IMG/VR virus record: IMGVR_UViG_3300028840_006907 | Coordinates: 96,001-160,000 of that record | Length of the DNA stretch: 64,000 bases | Source of the DNA: a virus | Direction: 5' to 3' (one strand) | Shown: one piece after another, positions 20,524 to 29,187 of the stretch | Position numbering within the stretch: the stretch's first letter is position 1 | Layout of the letters: each line of letters starts with the position of its first letter | Notes under the pieces: generated by a model | Database searches by the model: none | What the model was told of the DNA's origin: nothing | Seen by the model: the letters and a program-made list of their open reading frames with translations, nothing else | Translations under genes and position numbers: made by a program

Positions 20524-21405
20524 TTATTTGTCTATATAGTGATAGCCCATTTTCTCCCACTGCTCTCTGAATTGAATAGCTTCATATTCTATCCCTAATA
20601 AATTTATTAGTATCTTTTCACTCTTTTTTGTTTTTTGTTGAATAGCTTGTTTAGTGATTTTATAAGAGTTAGCTAATTCTTCAAAAGTCCATTTACCTTT
20701 ATTATCCAAATTATACCGATGGATAATAATATTTTGTTGTTGTTCATTTAAATAGTTTTTTATGACTCTTCGAATGATAACATCTATTTCCGAATTCTCA
20801 TATTCTTTTCCGGTTAAGTAATGTTCATCAAGATCAGGTATATTATTTATTAGAAGGATGTCTTCAATTTCATTTCCATTACCTATGGGTTCATAGAGAG
20901 ATTCAACTTTTAATAATTTAAATCTCAATTTTTCCTTTTCTGTATATCTAATGTGAGGCATGTATTTTGTAATTATATTCTTTCTCGCTATTGGTGGTAT
21001 CATACTCATTATAAAAGTGGTCTCTTTATAAGCTGGGTTATAGCATTTACTTGAATGGGTGAGAATAGTAAGATTGATTTCATTTATAATATCCTGATAT
21101 TCTACTCCACCTTGTAAAGAGGTATATATCTTCTTTGCTATATTCACGACTATTCCTTCGTGTTTGGCTGGATCTATACGGTATATCTGTCGTATTAAAA
21201 TTTCTTTTCCTTTTATGGATGGTGAAGGTCTTTCTTTAAAGAGGCGGTATTCAGCTATTTTATTTTTTATTTGTTTAATTCCCGCTTTTTTGGCTGTCTT
21301 TTCATCGGTACAATTTGTTACTACTGCTGTGAATACTCTTTTGGAACCACTGAGATTTAATTTATCAGCTTTACCTTGTAATTTTACCTTAACTTCAAAT
21401 AGCAT
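20524..21405 (-). CDS. sigma-70-family-like transcription factor (divergent)
   Basis: 293 aa; C-terminal region-4-like HTH (FEELANSYKITKQAIQQ). Confidence 0.45.
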   Translation of the reverse strand: MLFEVKVKLQGKADKLNLSGSKRVFTAVVTNCTDEKTAKKAGIKQIKNKIAEYRLFKERPSPSIKGKEILIRQIYRIDPAKHEGIVVNIAKKIYTSLQGGVEYQDIINEINLTILTHSSKCYNPAYKETTFIMSMIPPIARKNIITKYMPHIRYTEKEKLRFKLLKVESLYEPIGNGNEIEDILLINNIPDLDEHYLTGKEYENSEIDVIIRRVIKNYLNEQQQNIIIHRYNLDNKGKWTFEELANSYKITKQAIQQKTKKSEKILINLLGIEYEAIQFREQWEKMGYHYIDK

Positions 21406-21564
21406 TATAACTCTCTTATTTTTTATATGAATATTTTCCAGGAATCACCCTAGCATGATCTGTGATATTTTGTTGTGGAATTTATTTAAATTACAGTTTA
21501 TGGGATTCTAATTATGACATGAATATTTAAAGAATATTACGATTTAATTTATTTGAAGAAGTTG

Positions 21565-21593
21565 TTGACTTTTTATTCGAAATTGAGTATACT
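21565..21593 (+). promoter_or_regulatory. sigma70-like promoter TTGACT-N17-TATACT
   Basis: Near-consensus -35/-10 with 17-nt spacer. Confidence 0.5.
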
Positions 21594-21632
21594 ATACAAA
21601 TAGCAAATGAAATTTAAATTAAAGAAGGAAAA

Positions 21633-21722
21633 ATGACTTCAATAAATCTAAGCGCAATTATAAAAACAGCGGGAGCCACCGGGACAACAGTCGTAGTGGG
21701 TACGGCAGGAGTATTGCCTTAG
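21633..21722 (+). CDS. small Gly/Thr/Ala-rich peptide (29 aa)
   Basis: AAGGA RBS then MTSINLSAIIKTAGATGTTVVVGTAGVLP, followed by terminator. Confidence 0.4.
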   Translation: MTSINLSAIIKTAGATGTTVVVGTAGVLP

Positions 21723-21757
21723 AGGAAGTCTATATTATATATAAAGTCAAAGAAAAA

Positions 21758-21792
21758 GGACTTCCTCGATAAAAAGAGGGAGTCCTTTTTTT
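21758..21792 (+). terminator. rho-independent terminator
   Basis: Stem GGACTTCCTC/GAGGGAGTCC then TTTTTTT. Confidence 0.6.
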
Positions 21793-21794
21793 AT

Positions 21795-21868
21795 GCCGGA
21801 ATAGCTCAGTTGGCCAGAGCGGTTGATTTGTAATCAATTCGTCGGGGGTTCGAATCCCTCTTTCGGCT
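21795..21868 (+). tRNA. tRNA-Thr (anticodon TGT)
   Basis: Hand fold: acceptor GCCGGAA/TTTCGGC, loop TTTGTAA, T-loop GGTTCGAATCC. Confidence 0.8.
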
Positions 21869-21934
21869 TGTAAATTTATTTGGAAAGGAGATGACATGAT
21901 GGCGAAAGTGTGATACTTAAACAAAGGAGCCGTT

Positions 21935-22234
21935 ATGTCTCATCCGAAAAACAAAAGAGAACGTTTTCTTATTGGGAAACGTAAAGGGGAAAAACGTTCT
22001 TATTTGTATTGGAGTGGTTATTCCAATTGGTTTGACCTTCCAGATTATTTCTATAAGAAAAGCCCTCGTAATAAGGGTGTTGAGTATGAGGAGAAAAAGA
22101 GATTACTCGAAAAGAGTAAAGCAATAAGAAGGGATACAACAAAGTTATGCTCTTGTCCTCAGTGTGGAAATCCGCGCAGACATTTTAAAGAGCGTACTTT
22201 ACAAGAAAAAAGATATTTTACTGCGGGGGGCTAG
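21935..22234 (+). CDS. hypothetical basic protein with C-terminal CxxC
   Basis: 99 aa; CSCPQCGNPRRH. Confidence 0.45.
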   Translation: MSHPKNKRERFLIGKRKGEKRSYLYWSGYSNWFDLPDYFYKKSPRNKGVEYEEKKRLLEKSKAIRRDTTKLCSCPQCGNPRRHFKERTLQEKRYFTAGG

Positions 22235-22294
22235 GCCTGGTGGTCTGGCAGGTCTCATAAGCCTGCAACTCAAGTTCAATTCTTGGCCCCGCAA
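22222..22294 (+). tRNA. tRNA-Met-like (anticodon CAT), atypical D-arm
   Basis: Hand fold: acceptor TGCGGGG/CCCCGCA, anticodon stem CAGGT/GCCTG, loop CTCATAA, T-loop TTCAATT. Confidence 0.5.
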
Positions 22295-22314
22295 ATGCAT
22301 ATAAAGGGGAAATA

Positions 22315-22683
22315 ATGGGAATGGATATACATGAGTGTTTTGAATATAAATTAAAATCATTTAATGAAATGGTTGCAAAGATCAATGAGAAACCGAAAGA
22401 AGATGAAGAGATCGATCTTGATAAACCTTATATCAGTCAATGGGATCATTTTGAGAGCTTCTTGAGGGAATTAATCTCTGATGATCACAGTCGGTTTAAA
22501 AGTGCTATTTTATGGCTTTTCTTTGCTGATGAAGAATTAGAGTTGCATGAAAAGATGAAAAACTTGTTTAACATATTAACAGATTTTGACGATAAACAAT
22601 TGATCTCTATGGTTTATGATTCGGGTTGTGATCGAGTGAAAGTTGATTTTGATAAATCGGAAAGTATAATTCATATGGAATAA
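22315..22683 (+). CDS. hypothetical acidic protein
   Basis: 122 aa ORF. Confidence 0.5.
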   Translation: MGMDIHECFEYKLKSFNEMVAKINEKPKEDEEIDLDKPYISQWDHFESFLRELISDDHSRFKSAILWLFFADEELELHEKMKNLFNILTDFDDKQLISMVYDSGCDRVKVDFDKSESIIHME

Positions 22684-22689
22684 AAATGG

Positions 22690-22765
22690 GGGCCGGAATG
22701 TTCCAAGGGGGCGAGAATGCCTTGCAAGCAATCTGCGGTGAGTTCGATTCTCACTCGGTCCACCA
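22690..22765 (+). tRNA. tRNA-Ala-like (anticodon TGC), degenerate D-arm
   Basis: G3:U70 acceptor pair, loop CTTGCAA, 3' half close to canonical tRNA-Ala (GTTCGATTC...TCCACCA); D-arm and one anticodon-stem pair irregular. Confidence 0.45.
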
Positions 22766-22919
22766 TAAGTAAAATAACAAAATCTTTCAAAAGGAAGTAG
22801 GCTTAAGAGTAGCCACTTTAATGAGTGATGAAAGGCGATGTGCACACGAATTTCGTGGAGTAGTTATCCGAATAGTCTTTGGTGTAACAACACACCTTTT
22901 GAAAGATTATTAATATAAT

Positions 22920-22994
22920 GCGAGTGTAGTTCAATGGCAGAACCCCACCCTTCCAAGGTGGTTGTTGTGAGTTCAAATCTCATCACTCGCTCCA
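22920..22994 (+). tRNA. tRNA-Gly (anticodon TCC)
   Basis: Hand fold: acceptor GCGAGTG/CACTCGC, loop CTTCCAA, CCA. Confidence 0.85.
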
Positions 22995-23001
22995 AATTTA
23001 T

Positions 23002-23076
23002 GCGGTAGTAGCTCAATGGTGGAGTTCCTCTTTGCCAAGGAGGAGGTTATCGGTTCAAGCCCGATCTACCGCTCCA
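23002..23076 (+). tRNA. tRNA-Gly (anticodon GCC)
   Basis: Hand fold: acceptor GCGGTAG/CTACCGC, loop TTGCCAA, CCA. Confidence 0.85.
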
Positions 23077-23166
23077 GGTCAAAGGCTCTGGCAGGTTGCC
23101 TTAAATAAAATGGGGTGTGGGTACCTAGGCACTTCTCACATCTCTGCCTGACCTGATTAAATTTAC

Positions 23167-23245
23167 GGGCGCGTAGCCTAGCTGGTTAGGGCACCTGTTT
23201 TACACGCAGGAGATTTCGTAGGTTCAAGTCCTACCGCGCCTACCA
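23167..23245 (+). tRNA. tRNA-Val (anticodon TAC)
   Basis: Hand fold: acceptor GGGCGCG/CGCGCCT, loop TTTACAC, T-arm GTAGGTTCAAGTCCTAC, CCA. Confidence 0.8.
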
Positions 23246-23253
23246 TAAATCAA

Positions 23254-23328
23254 GCCGGAGTAGCTCAGAGGCAGAGCAACGCTCTCGTAAAGCGTAGGTC
23301 AAGGGTTCAAGTCCCTTTTCCGGCTCCA
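23254..23328 (+). tRNA. tRNA-Thr (anticodon CGT)
   Basis: Hand fold: acceptor GCCGGAG/TTCCGGC, loop CTCGTAA, CCA. Confidence 0.85.
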
Positions 23329-23424
23329 TTATGAAAGAAGAAATAATATGCCAAAAGCAGAAAGGGCAGATGCCCATTAACTATCTCTGGAAAAACAATT
23401 GATGGAAATTTCGTTGTTAAGGGT

Positions 23425-23655
23425 GTGTTTCCATTATTCTCTTCATTAACAGGCTTACCTCTTGAAGATATCCTAGAAGTTTTAAAACAGAATAATATGA
23501 TTGTGGATTGGCTGGATTTTTATGACCAGGCAATGGAAGAGAATTGGAAACCGAAACGGACTTTATTGAAAATTCGTGATTCGGTCGGAGAGGTATATGG
23601 ATCTAAGGTAGGAGAAGAGATCATGAAAAAATTTAAAATTTTTCGGGATATTTGA
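23425..23655 (+). CDS. hypothetical protein
   Basis: 76 aa ORF. Confidence 0.4.
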   Translation: MFPLFSSLTGLPLEDILEVLKQNNMIVDWLDFYDQAMEENWKPKRTLLKIRDSVGEVYGSKVGEEIMKKFKIFRDI

Positions 23656-23705
23656 TATTCTAGTCTCGTATAATATTTATAGGGATATTTAAATATAAAT
23701 AATAA

Positions 23706-24290
23706 ATGGAGGGAAATATGGTAAATAAAGATCCAGAAGATGTGGCTTTATTCGACATGGATGGCACTCTCTGTGACTACGAGAAAGGACTTATAAAGAG
23801 CTTGGAACAACTCAGGTCACCAATGGAGCCTCCTGTAACGAAACCACCTTCAAAAAGTTCCCCGAACTATTTAAGGGTACGTGCGGATCTGGTACGTACG
23901 AATGAAGATTGGTATGTTAACCTTGATCGATTTGAACTTGGTTTTGATATCTGGAATATTGCTGAAGAACTCGATTATACCAGAATGATTTTAACCCAAG
24001 GCCCGAAACGAAATCCATTCGCATGGTCTGGGAAAAAGATGTGGATCGATAAGCATCTGGGGACGGATGTTGGCATCACCATCACGCGAGATAAAGGGTT
24101 AGTGTATGGACGTGTTCTTGTAGATGACTACCCAGGATATATCAATCGTTGGTTGGAATGGCGTAGGAACGGGTTGGTAGTAATGCCAGCTAGTAGAATT
24201 AATGGTGATTTCAAGCATCCTCAGGTTATCCGATATGACGGGAGTAATTTAAATGAAGTCAGAGAAAGAATGATTGCAGTGAAGAGGTAA
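23706..24290 (+). CDS. HAD-superfamily 5'(3')-deoxyribonucleotidase-like phosphatase
   Basis: 194 aa; motif I FDMDGTL, VLVDDYP. Confidence 0.6.
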   Translation: MEGNMVNKDPEDVALFDMDGTLCDYEKGLIKSLEQLRSPMEPPVTKPPSKSSPNYLRVRADLVRTNEDWYVNLDRFELGFDIWNIAEELDYTRMILTQGPKRNPFAWSGKKMWIDKHLGTDVGITITRDKGLVYGRVLVDDYPGYINRWLEWRRNGLVVMPASRINGDFKHPQVIRYDGSNLNEVRERMIAVKR

Positions 24291-24291
24291 T

Positions 24292-24693
24292 ATGAGAATG
24301 GTTTATTGTTTTCAAGATTTTGGGTCACACGGATTAATATATCCTCTTGAAGGTGATAATACTCCTAATATGGTTTTTTATATTGAGGAAAATGAAAACG
24401 GTATTTTAGATAATGCATATTTAATGAATACTATTTTTTGTAAAACAAAAGAGATATTCAATACAATTCTTAATAGAATTAAGAATGATCTATTTGAAGT
24501 GAAATATAAAGATTATTCGATTATGTTTAAAGCAATGAAATCGGATAAATCTTATGTGGGTAAATTAAAAAAGCCTTCGAATTCTCTATGGACATTAACA
24601 GAAATTGAAAAAAAAGATACAATCACTCAAATAGATTTATTTATAAAATGTGGCATTGTTCTAATAGGTTATTCTGAGGGAAAAGTAAAATGA
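24292..24693 (+). CDS. hypothetical protein
   Basis: 133 aa ORF. Confidence 0.4.
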   Translation: MRMVYCFQDFGSHGLIYPLEGDNTPNMVFYIEENENGILDNAYLMNTIFCKTKEIFNTILNRIKNDLFEVKYKDYSIMFKAMKSDKSYVGKLKKPSNSLWTLTEIEKKDTITQIDLFIKCGIVLIGYSEGKVK

Positions 24694-24902
24694 ATAATTT
24701 AAATAATTCCGAAGATTTAATTCAAAATTTATCTAATAGATCGCTTTTTTTATTAGATCAAGTCTCTGTTTTGAAAAACGATGAAGATTTTCTACTTTTA
24801 TGTTTACATATTGATTCATTGAAATCTTTCGAAAAAAAGATATTTATTAAATTACTTGAGAAAGAAAATATGGATTTTTATGAAAGATTTAAAAATTTAT
24901 GA
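24690..24902 (+). CDS. hypothetical protein
   Basis: 70 aa ORF, 4-nt overlap coupling. Confidence 0.4.
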   Translation: MNNLNNSEDLIQNLSNRSLFLLDQVSVLKNDEDFLLLCLHIDSLKSFEKKIFIKLLEKENMDFYERFKNL

Positions 24903-25333
24903 AATGTCCTGTTTGTAGTACTAAAATAAAAACAATGCCGAATGACGAAGATACGGTTTATTGCCCTAATTGCCATTCAGAGATTCCTCAAAGATTTGCT
25001 GAGAATTTTGAATTATATAAAGAAATGGGAAAAAGGATCAATCCATTCAATGAAATTGAAATCGCTCCTCAGGTCTTAGCGGATCAGTATGAAGATATTG
25101 CAAATCATTTTATACCACAAATCATTGGAGTAAAAGGATTCCTGATAACTGATGAATCGAGTTTGCTTGATTTTAATTTCGAAATTGTAGATGGGAAAAT
25201 AAAAAGAGAGACCAAAAAGACACTGAAGAAAATAAAAAAAATTTATGATGTAGATGTATCTGATATCAAAGATTTGAATTTAATGAAAATCTTTGAACGG
25301 TTAAGGATATTATCACCTGTATTTAATCAGTAA
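24899..25333 (+). CDS. zinc-ribbon protein
   Basis: 144 aa; CPVCS...CPNCH. Confidence 0.45.
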   Translation: MKCPVCSTKIKTMPNDEDTVYCPNCHSEIPQRFAENFELYKEMGKRINPFNEIEIAPQVLADQYEDIANHFIPQIIGVKGFLITDESSLLDFNFEIVDGKIKRETKKTLKKIKKIYDVDVSDIKDLNLMKIFERLRILSPVFNQ

Positions 25334-25475
25334 AGTGAGGTATTATGCTTTATTTAATTATTAACTCAATAATGATTCTTATAGCTATAGGGGTTTTAGT
25401 AATGTTCTATAGATTCAGTGAACAAGATATTGGCATGGAGTATGCCAGGGACGGATTACCATATAAGGGGAAAAT

Positions 25476-26360
25476 GTGGATTTAATAATTGAAACAGATA
25501 TAGGTCATGATCCTGATGATTTCTTTGCACTCTGTTATTTCTTTTCTGTAGGAGTAAATGTACGGGCTATTTTAATCTCACCAGGAGATGAATCACAAGT
25601 TGCTATTGTTCGTTTTCTCCTCTCTGAACTGGGTAGAGAGGATGTAGTTGTAGGTGTCCCGGAACTGGGCAGAAGAAAGGAATATTTAACAAGTATTCAT
25701 AAATATTTTATTATAAGATATAATTATCCACGTTTTTCAGATGATTGTTGTGTTGGTGAAGAAATTCTTCATACTGTTTTTGATATATACCCTCAGAGTG
25801 AATTGTTTATTTGTGGTGCAATAAGAAATATTGGTAATTATCTTATCAGAAATGAAAATATAAAAATACCGAAAGCAGTCATGCAAGGTGGGTTTATAGG
25901 ATACGATACTCATGGTATTGATGTACCTAAATTAGATAAGTTCATTGGTAAAGAGAGTGTACCAACTTTTAATCTCAATGGATATGTCAGAGGTTCTCAG
26001 GCTTTTTTAAATCATTATAATATTGGGGAAAGATGGTTTGTTTCTAAAAATGTGTGTCACACAGCTATCTATGATTCAAAGATCCATGAAAAAGTTACGG
26101 CTATTCCGGCCAAGAACAGAGCAATGGAATTATTCCAGGAAGGAATGACAGAGTATTTAAGGAAACATCCTAAAGGTAAGAAATTCCATGATCCAACGGC
26201 AGCGGTATGCCATCTTCATCCTGAAATCGGGACTTGGGTAAAAGCCCGGTTATATCGATATCAAGGGGGATGGGGTTCTCGTATAGACGGTAATGGTGAT
26301 AATATTATAGTTGATATTGATCATAAAAAATTATGGGATTACATTGCAAAAGGAAAATAA
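25476..26360 (+). CDS. nucleoside hydrolase (IU-preferring family-like)
   Basis: 294 aa; N-terminal ETDIGHDPDDFFAL resembles DxDxxxDD nucleoside hydrolase signature. Confidence 0.6.
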   Translation: MDLIIETDIGHDPDDFFALCYFFSVGVNVRAILISPGDESQVAIVRFLLSELGREDVVVGVPELGRRKEYLTSIHKYFIIRYNYPRFSDDCCVGEEILHTVFDIYPQSELFICGAIRNIGNYLIRNENIKIPKAVMQGGFIGYDTHGIDVPKLDKFIGKESVPTFNLNGYVRGSQAFLNHYNIGERWFVSKNVCHTAIYDSKIHEKVTAIPAKNRAMELFQEGMTEYLRKHPKGKKFHDPTAAVCHLHPEIGTWVKARLYRYQGGWGSRIDGNGDNIIVDIDHKKLWDYIAKGK

Positions 26361-26369
26361 TAGTTTGAT

Positions 26370-26645
26370 ATGTTACAGATTGCTTTTGATGTAGATGGTT
26401 GTTTAATTCAACAAATTGGGGTAAAAGAAGATACTCCCCGATATGATGTTATTGCTCTTTATCGTTTATTTGAAAAATTTGAAAATGATCTGTACATTTG
26501 GTCCGGCGGTGGTATAGATTATGCTACTAGATGGAGAGATAAATTAGGTTTAACAGGTGAGGTCGTTCAAAAAGGCTCTTTTAAACCTGATATTGCTGTT
26601 GATGACGAAGAAGTTGATCTTGGTATAGTAAATTTAAGGGTTTGA
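26370..26645 (+). CDS. small HAD-like phosphatase
   Basis: 91 aa; AFDVDGCL motif I, VDDEE. Confidence 0.45.
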   Translation: MLQIAFDVDGCLIQQIGVKEDTPRYDVIALYRLFEKFENDLYIWSGGGIDYATRWRDKLGLTGEVVQKGSFKPDIAVDDEEVDLGIVNLRV

Positions 26646-26646
26646 T

Positions 26647-26829
26647 ATGAATGCAAATAATGAAGAAAATCTGGATCAGGAAGATACTGGTTTTATATTA
26701 TGGTGTTTAGGATTTGTCCTTGGTGTATCAGAAGGTTTAGATGATAAACATAAAAAATTTATAAAAGATAATCATGATAGGGTTGCTTTAAAAATAGGCC
26801 GAATACATGAGAGGCAACAGGTAAATTAA
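26647..26829 (+). CDS. hypothetical protein
   Basis: 60 aa ORF. Confidence 0.35.
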   Translation: MNANNEENLDQEDTGFILWCLGFVLGVSEGLDDKHKKFIKDNHDRVALKIGRIHERQQVN

Positions 26830-26989
26830 TGGGACTTATAGGAAAACCTAATAAAGAATATAAAATCCGATTAAAATATTGGACCAAAGGCATGGAAATA
26901 CAATGCCCTAGTTGTAAAACAATGGTTAAAGAACCCTATAAATGTCCTAAATGTTTTTCTATTCTTAAACCATATGTTAAGGGGAAAAG

Positions 26990-27796
26990 ATGATAAAGTT
27001 AATTTATGCTACTGACCTTCATGGGGATCCTCGTAAGTATCGAGCTGTTCTGGAATTCGCTCTGAAACATGATATAAAGTTAATTCATCTCGGTGCTGAT
27101 ATATTACCGAAAGGTACCAATCTGTTAAAGATACAGAAAAGGTTCGTTAAGAATTACTTAAAAGATTTTCATACTGAGTGCGACTCTTATGGTATCAAAA
27201 TTTTAAGTTTCTTTGGCAATGACGATATCTATACTCGTAAGAAGTATTTTCGGGAATATGGTGAATTGCTCGATGAGAATCCATGTACAATAGAAGGCTA
27301 TGAATTTAAAGCTTACCCCTATGTCTTGGATTATCCCTTTGGTATAAAATCCGCTTGTAAACTGGATTATCCTGGGTGGAAATGTCCCGATCTTTATTTA
27401 ACCAATCCATGTGAGTTTAATGAAAAAGGTTATTATCTCATTGAAGATATAAATGATTACTTTCTGCAGAAGGGTACTGTGGAAGATGATCTTAAAGAGA
27501 TCCATGCCGATGATAAAACTATCATGGCGATGCATATGCCTCCGCAGGGACTCGGTATGGATGTCTGTTACGGGAACAGGCGTGTAGGTTCCAAGTCAGT
27601 CCTGGACTGGATCTATCGGGAACAACCCTTGTTATTTCTGTCAGGTCATATTCATGAAAGTCCTGAGATAACGGGTATTTGGAAGACTATGGTAGGTGAC
27701 ACAGTGGTTATTCAGCCCGGACAAAAAACCGATAAAACCACAATGGTTTATATCGAAATAGATGGTAATAAAGTTGATGCTCAATTAATAGGATAA
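26990..27796 (+). CDS. calcineurin-like metallophosphoesterase
   Basis: 268 aa; DLHGD, GNDD, GHIHE motifs. Confidence 0.65.
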   Translation: MIKLIYATDLHGDPRKYRAVLEFALKHDIKLIHLGADILPKGTNLLKIQKRFVKNYLKDFHTECDSYGIKILSFFGNDDIYTRKKYFREYGELLDENPCTIEGYEFKAYPYVLDYPFGIKSACKLDYPGWKCPDLYLTNPCEFNEKGYYLIEDINDYFLQKGTVEDDLKEIHADDKTIMAMHMPPQGLGMDVCYGNRRVGSKSVLDWIYREQPLLFLSGHIHESPEITGIWKTMVGDTVVIQPGQKTDKTTMVYIEIDGNKVDAQLIG

Positions 27797-27799
27797 ATT

Positions 27800-28072
27800 A
27801 TGTTTGAAAATTTACAGATAATAGTTTCTTCGGAAGAAGAGAAACAGGAATTATTAAGAGGGTGTAAGCATATTCATGATTTTACTGTGTTGTCTCAGGA
27901 TGATAAAAGCATCACAGCTCACGATGAATTTGGTGAAACTAGACCTCTTGAAAAAGATGTTGTTGGGGTATGTTTGAATTTCGATGAGTACCCTTTTGTT
28001 AATTTCCTAGCCGGACTATACGACTGTGATGATAAATCGATTCAAGAAGATATTATTAAAGTAAAACCCTAA
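27800..28072 (+). CDS. hypothetical protein
   Basis: 90 aa ORF. Confidence 0.4.
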   Translation: MFENLQIIVSSEEEKQELLRGCKHIHDFTVLSQDDKSITAHDEFGETRPLEKDVVGVCLNFDEYPFVNFLAGLYDCDDKSIQEDIIKVKP

Positions 28073-28170
28073 TTGCTCATACTAAATTATGATGTGATTA
28101 TAAAGTGAAAATATAAAAAGAAACAGTCTAATACCTGAAGAATACAGAAAAAATAAAAATAAAAAACTGG

Positions 28171-28199
28171 TTGACACGGTTATGTTTTTTTAGTATTAT
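28171..28199 (+). promoter_or_regulatory. sigma70-like promoter TTGACA-N17-TATTAT
   Basis: Consensus -35 with 17-nt spacer. Confidence 0.5.
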
Positions 28200-28408
28200 T
28201 AAGGGTAGTTATTGAAGATTAAATTTTTAAAAAGTAGGAAAATGATGAATTTATTTAAGGCCCAGAACACAGTCAAAAGCATAAGACTACTATCAAGTAG
28301 TTTTAAATGCTCATTGTGTTTATCCCATATGCTCTATTCAATTAGAGGAAAACAGGTATGGGTGGGGTCTATGTGAATGTGATTTAATACATAATACGGA
28401 TAAAAAAA

Positions 28409-28442
28409 GCCCCCGCCCGATAAAAAGGACGGGGGCTTTTTT
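28409..28442 (+). terminator. rho-independent terminator
   Basis: GC stem GCCCCCG/CGGGGGC then TTTTTT. Confidence 0.65.
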
Positions 28443-28462
28443 CGTTTATAGGGTTAAAAGTA

Positions 28463-28711
28463 ATGAAAACAGTAAAAGACAGAGCATATTCATTTAATCA
28501 TACGAAAGATCGGCTTCTTGAAAGATGCCAGGTATCTTTATCGTTCGATGAATACAATGAGCTTTGTCAGAGATATATTGATAATAAAGTAACAATTGAT
28601 AATGTGGAAGGAGAGCAGATAGTATTCCTGACTGGATTTAAAGGAAACATGATTAAGTTTGTCTGGTCAAATAAACGTAAGTTGATTACAACTGCTCTTA
28701 AAACAATTTAA
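28463..28711 (+). CDS. hypothetical protein
   Basis: 82 aa ORF. Confidence 0.45.
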   Translation: MKTVKDRAYSFNHTKDRLLERCQVSLSFDEYNELCQRYIDNKVTIDNVEGEQIVFLTGFKGNMIKFVWSNKRKLITTALKTI

Positions 28712-28767
28712 CAAAGGAGACAGCCATTATGGTTGATGACTTTAGTGACTTTAGAAGTTTTAATTAT

Positions 28768-28843
28768 GGCTGTCTGACCGATGTGGTAAAGGTGCTGGAC
28801 TGAAAATCCAGAAATTCCGGTTCAATTCCGGAGGCAGCCACCA
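28768..28843 (+). tRNA. tRNA-Phe (anticodon GAA)
   Basis: Hand fold: acceptor GGCTGTC/GGCAGCC, loop CTGAAAA, CCA. Confidence 0.85.
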
Positions 28844-28870
28844 TTAGTAAATTAGTGTTTTTTAATAAAA

Positions 28871-28946
28871 GGGCGTATCGGCAAGCGGTTAAGCCACTAC
28901 TCTGATAAGGTAGCATGCGAAAGTTCAAATCTTTCTACGCCCACCA
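28871..28946 (+). tRNA. tRNA-Ile (anticodon GAT)
   Basis: Hand fold: acceptor GGGCGTA/TACGCCC, loop CTGATAA, CCA. Confidence 0.85.
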
Positions 28947-28965
28947 TAAATCTTAGGAGGACAAG

Positions 28966-29187
28966 GTGTTCTGGGTTTTACAAAACAATCTTTTTAATGA
29001 AGTAGGGTTTCAGTCTTTGGTAGGAACTCTGGAAAGGATGAATATAAAACATATCATTGTGAAAGTGGTTCCTTTTGTAGGAGATATAATTCCTGACATA
29101 AACCCGAAGAACCCTGTCATAGCAGTGGGAGCCTATTCCATGTGGAAGGTTGCCAAAAGAAAAGATGGCACCCAGGTGTCTTTGTGA
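28966..29187 (+). CDS. ATP-grasp protein, N-terminal fragment (frame differs from downstream part)
   Basis: 73 aa ORF overlapping 29142-29732 in another frame. Confidence 0.4.
   Translation: MFWVLQNNLFNEVGFQSLVGTLERMNIKHIIVKVVPFVGDIIPDINPKNPVIAVGAYSMWKVAKRKDGTQVSL

Noticed and set aside
21730-21924. Minus-strand ORF across tRNA-Thr
   Set aside because: Antisense to a well-folded tRNA and terminator.
22576-22845. Minus-strand ORF 89 aa
   Set aside because: Antisense to the 3' end of gene 22315-22683 and the tRNA-Ala-like element.
23077-23166. 90-nt spacer between tRNA-Gly(GCC) and tRNA-Val as a possible extra tRNA
   Set aside because: No acceptor/T-arm complementarity could be found; treated as inter-tRNA spacer.
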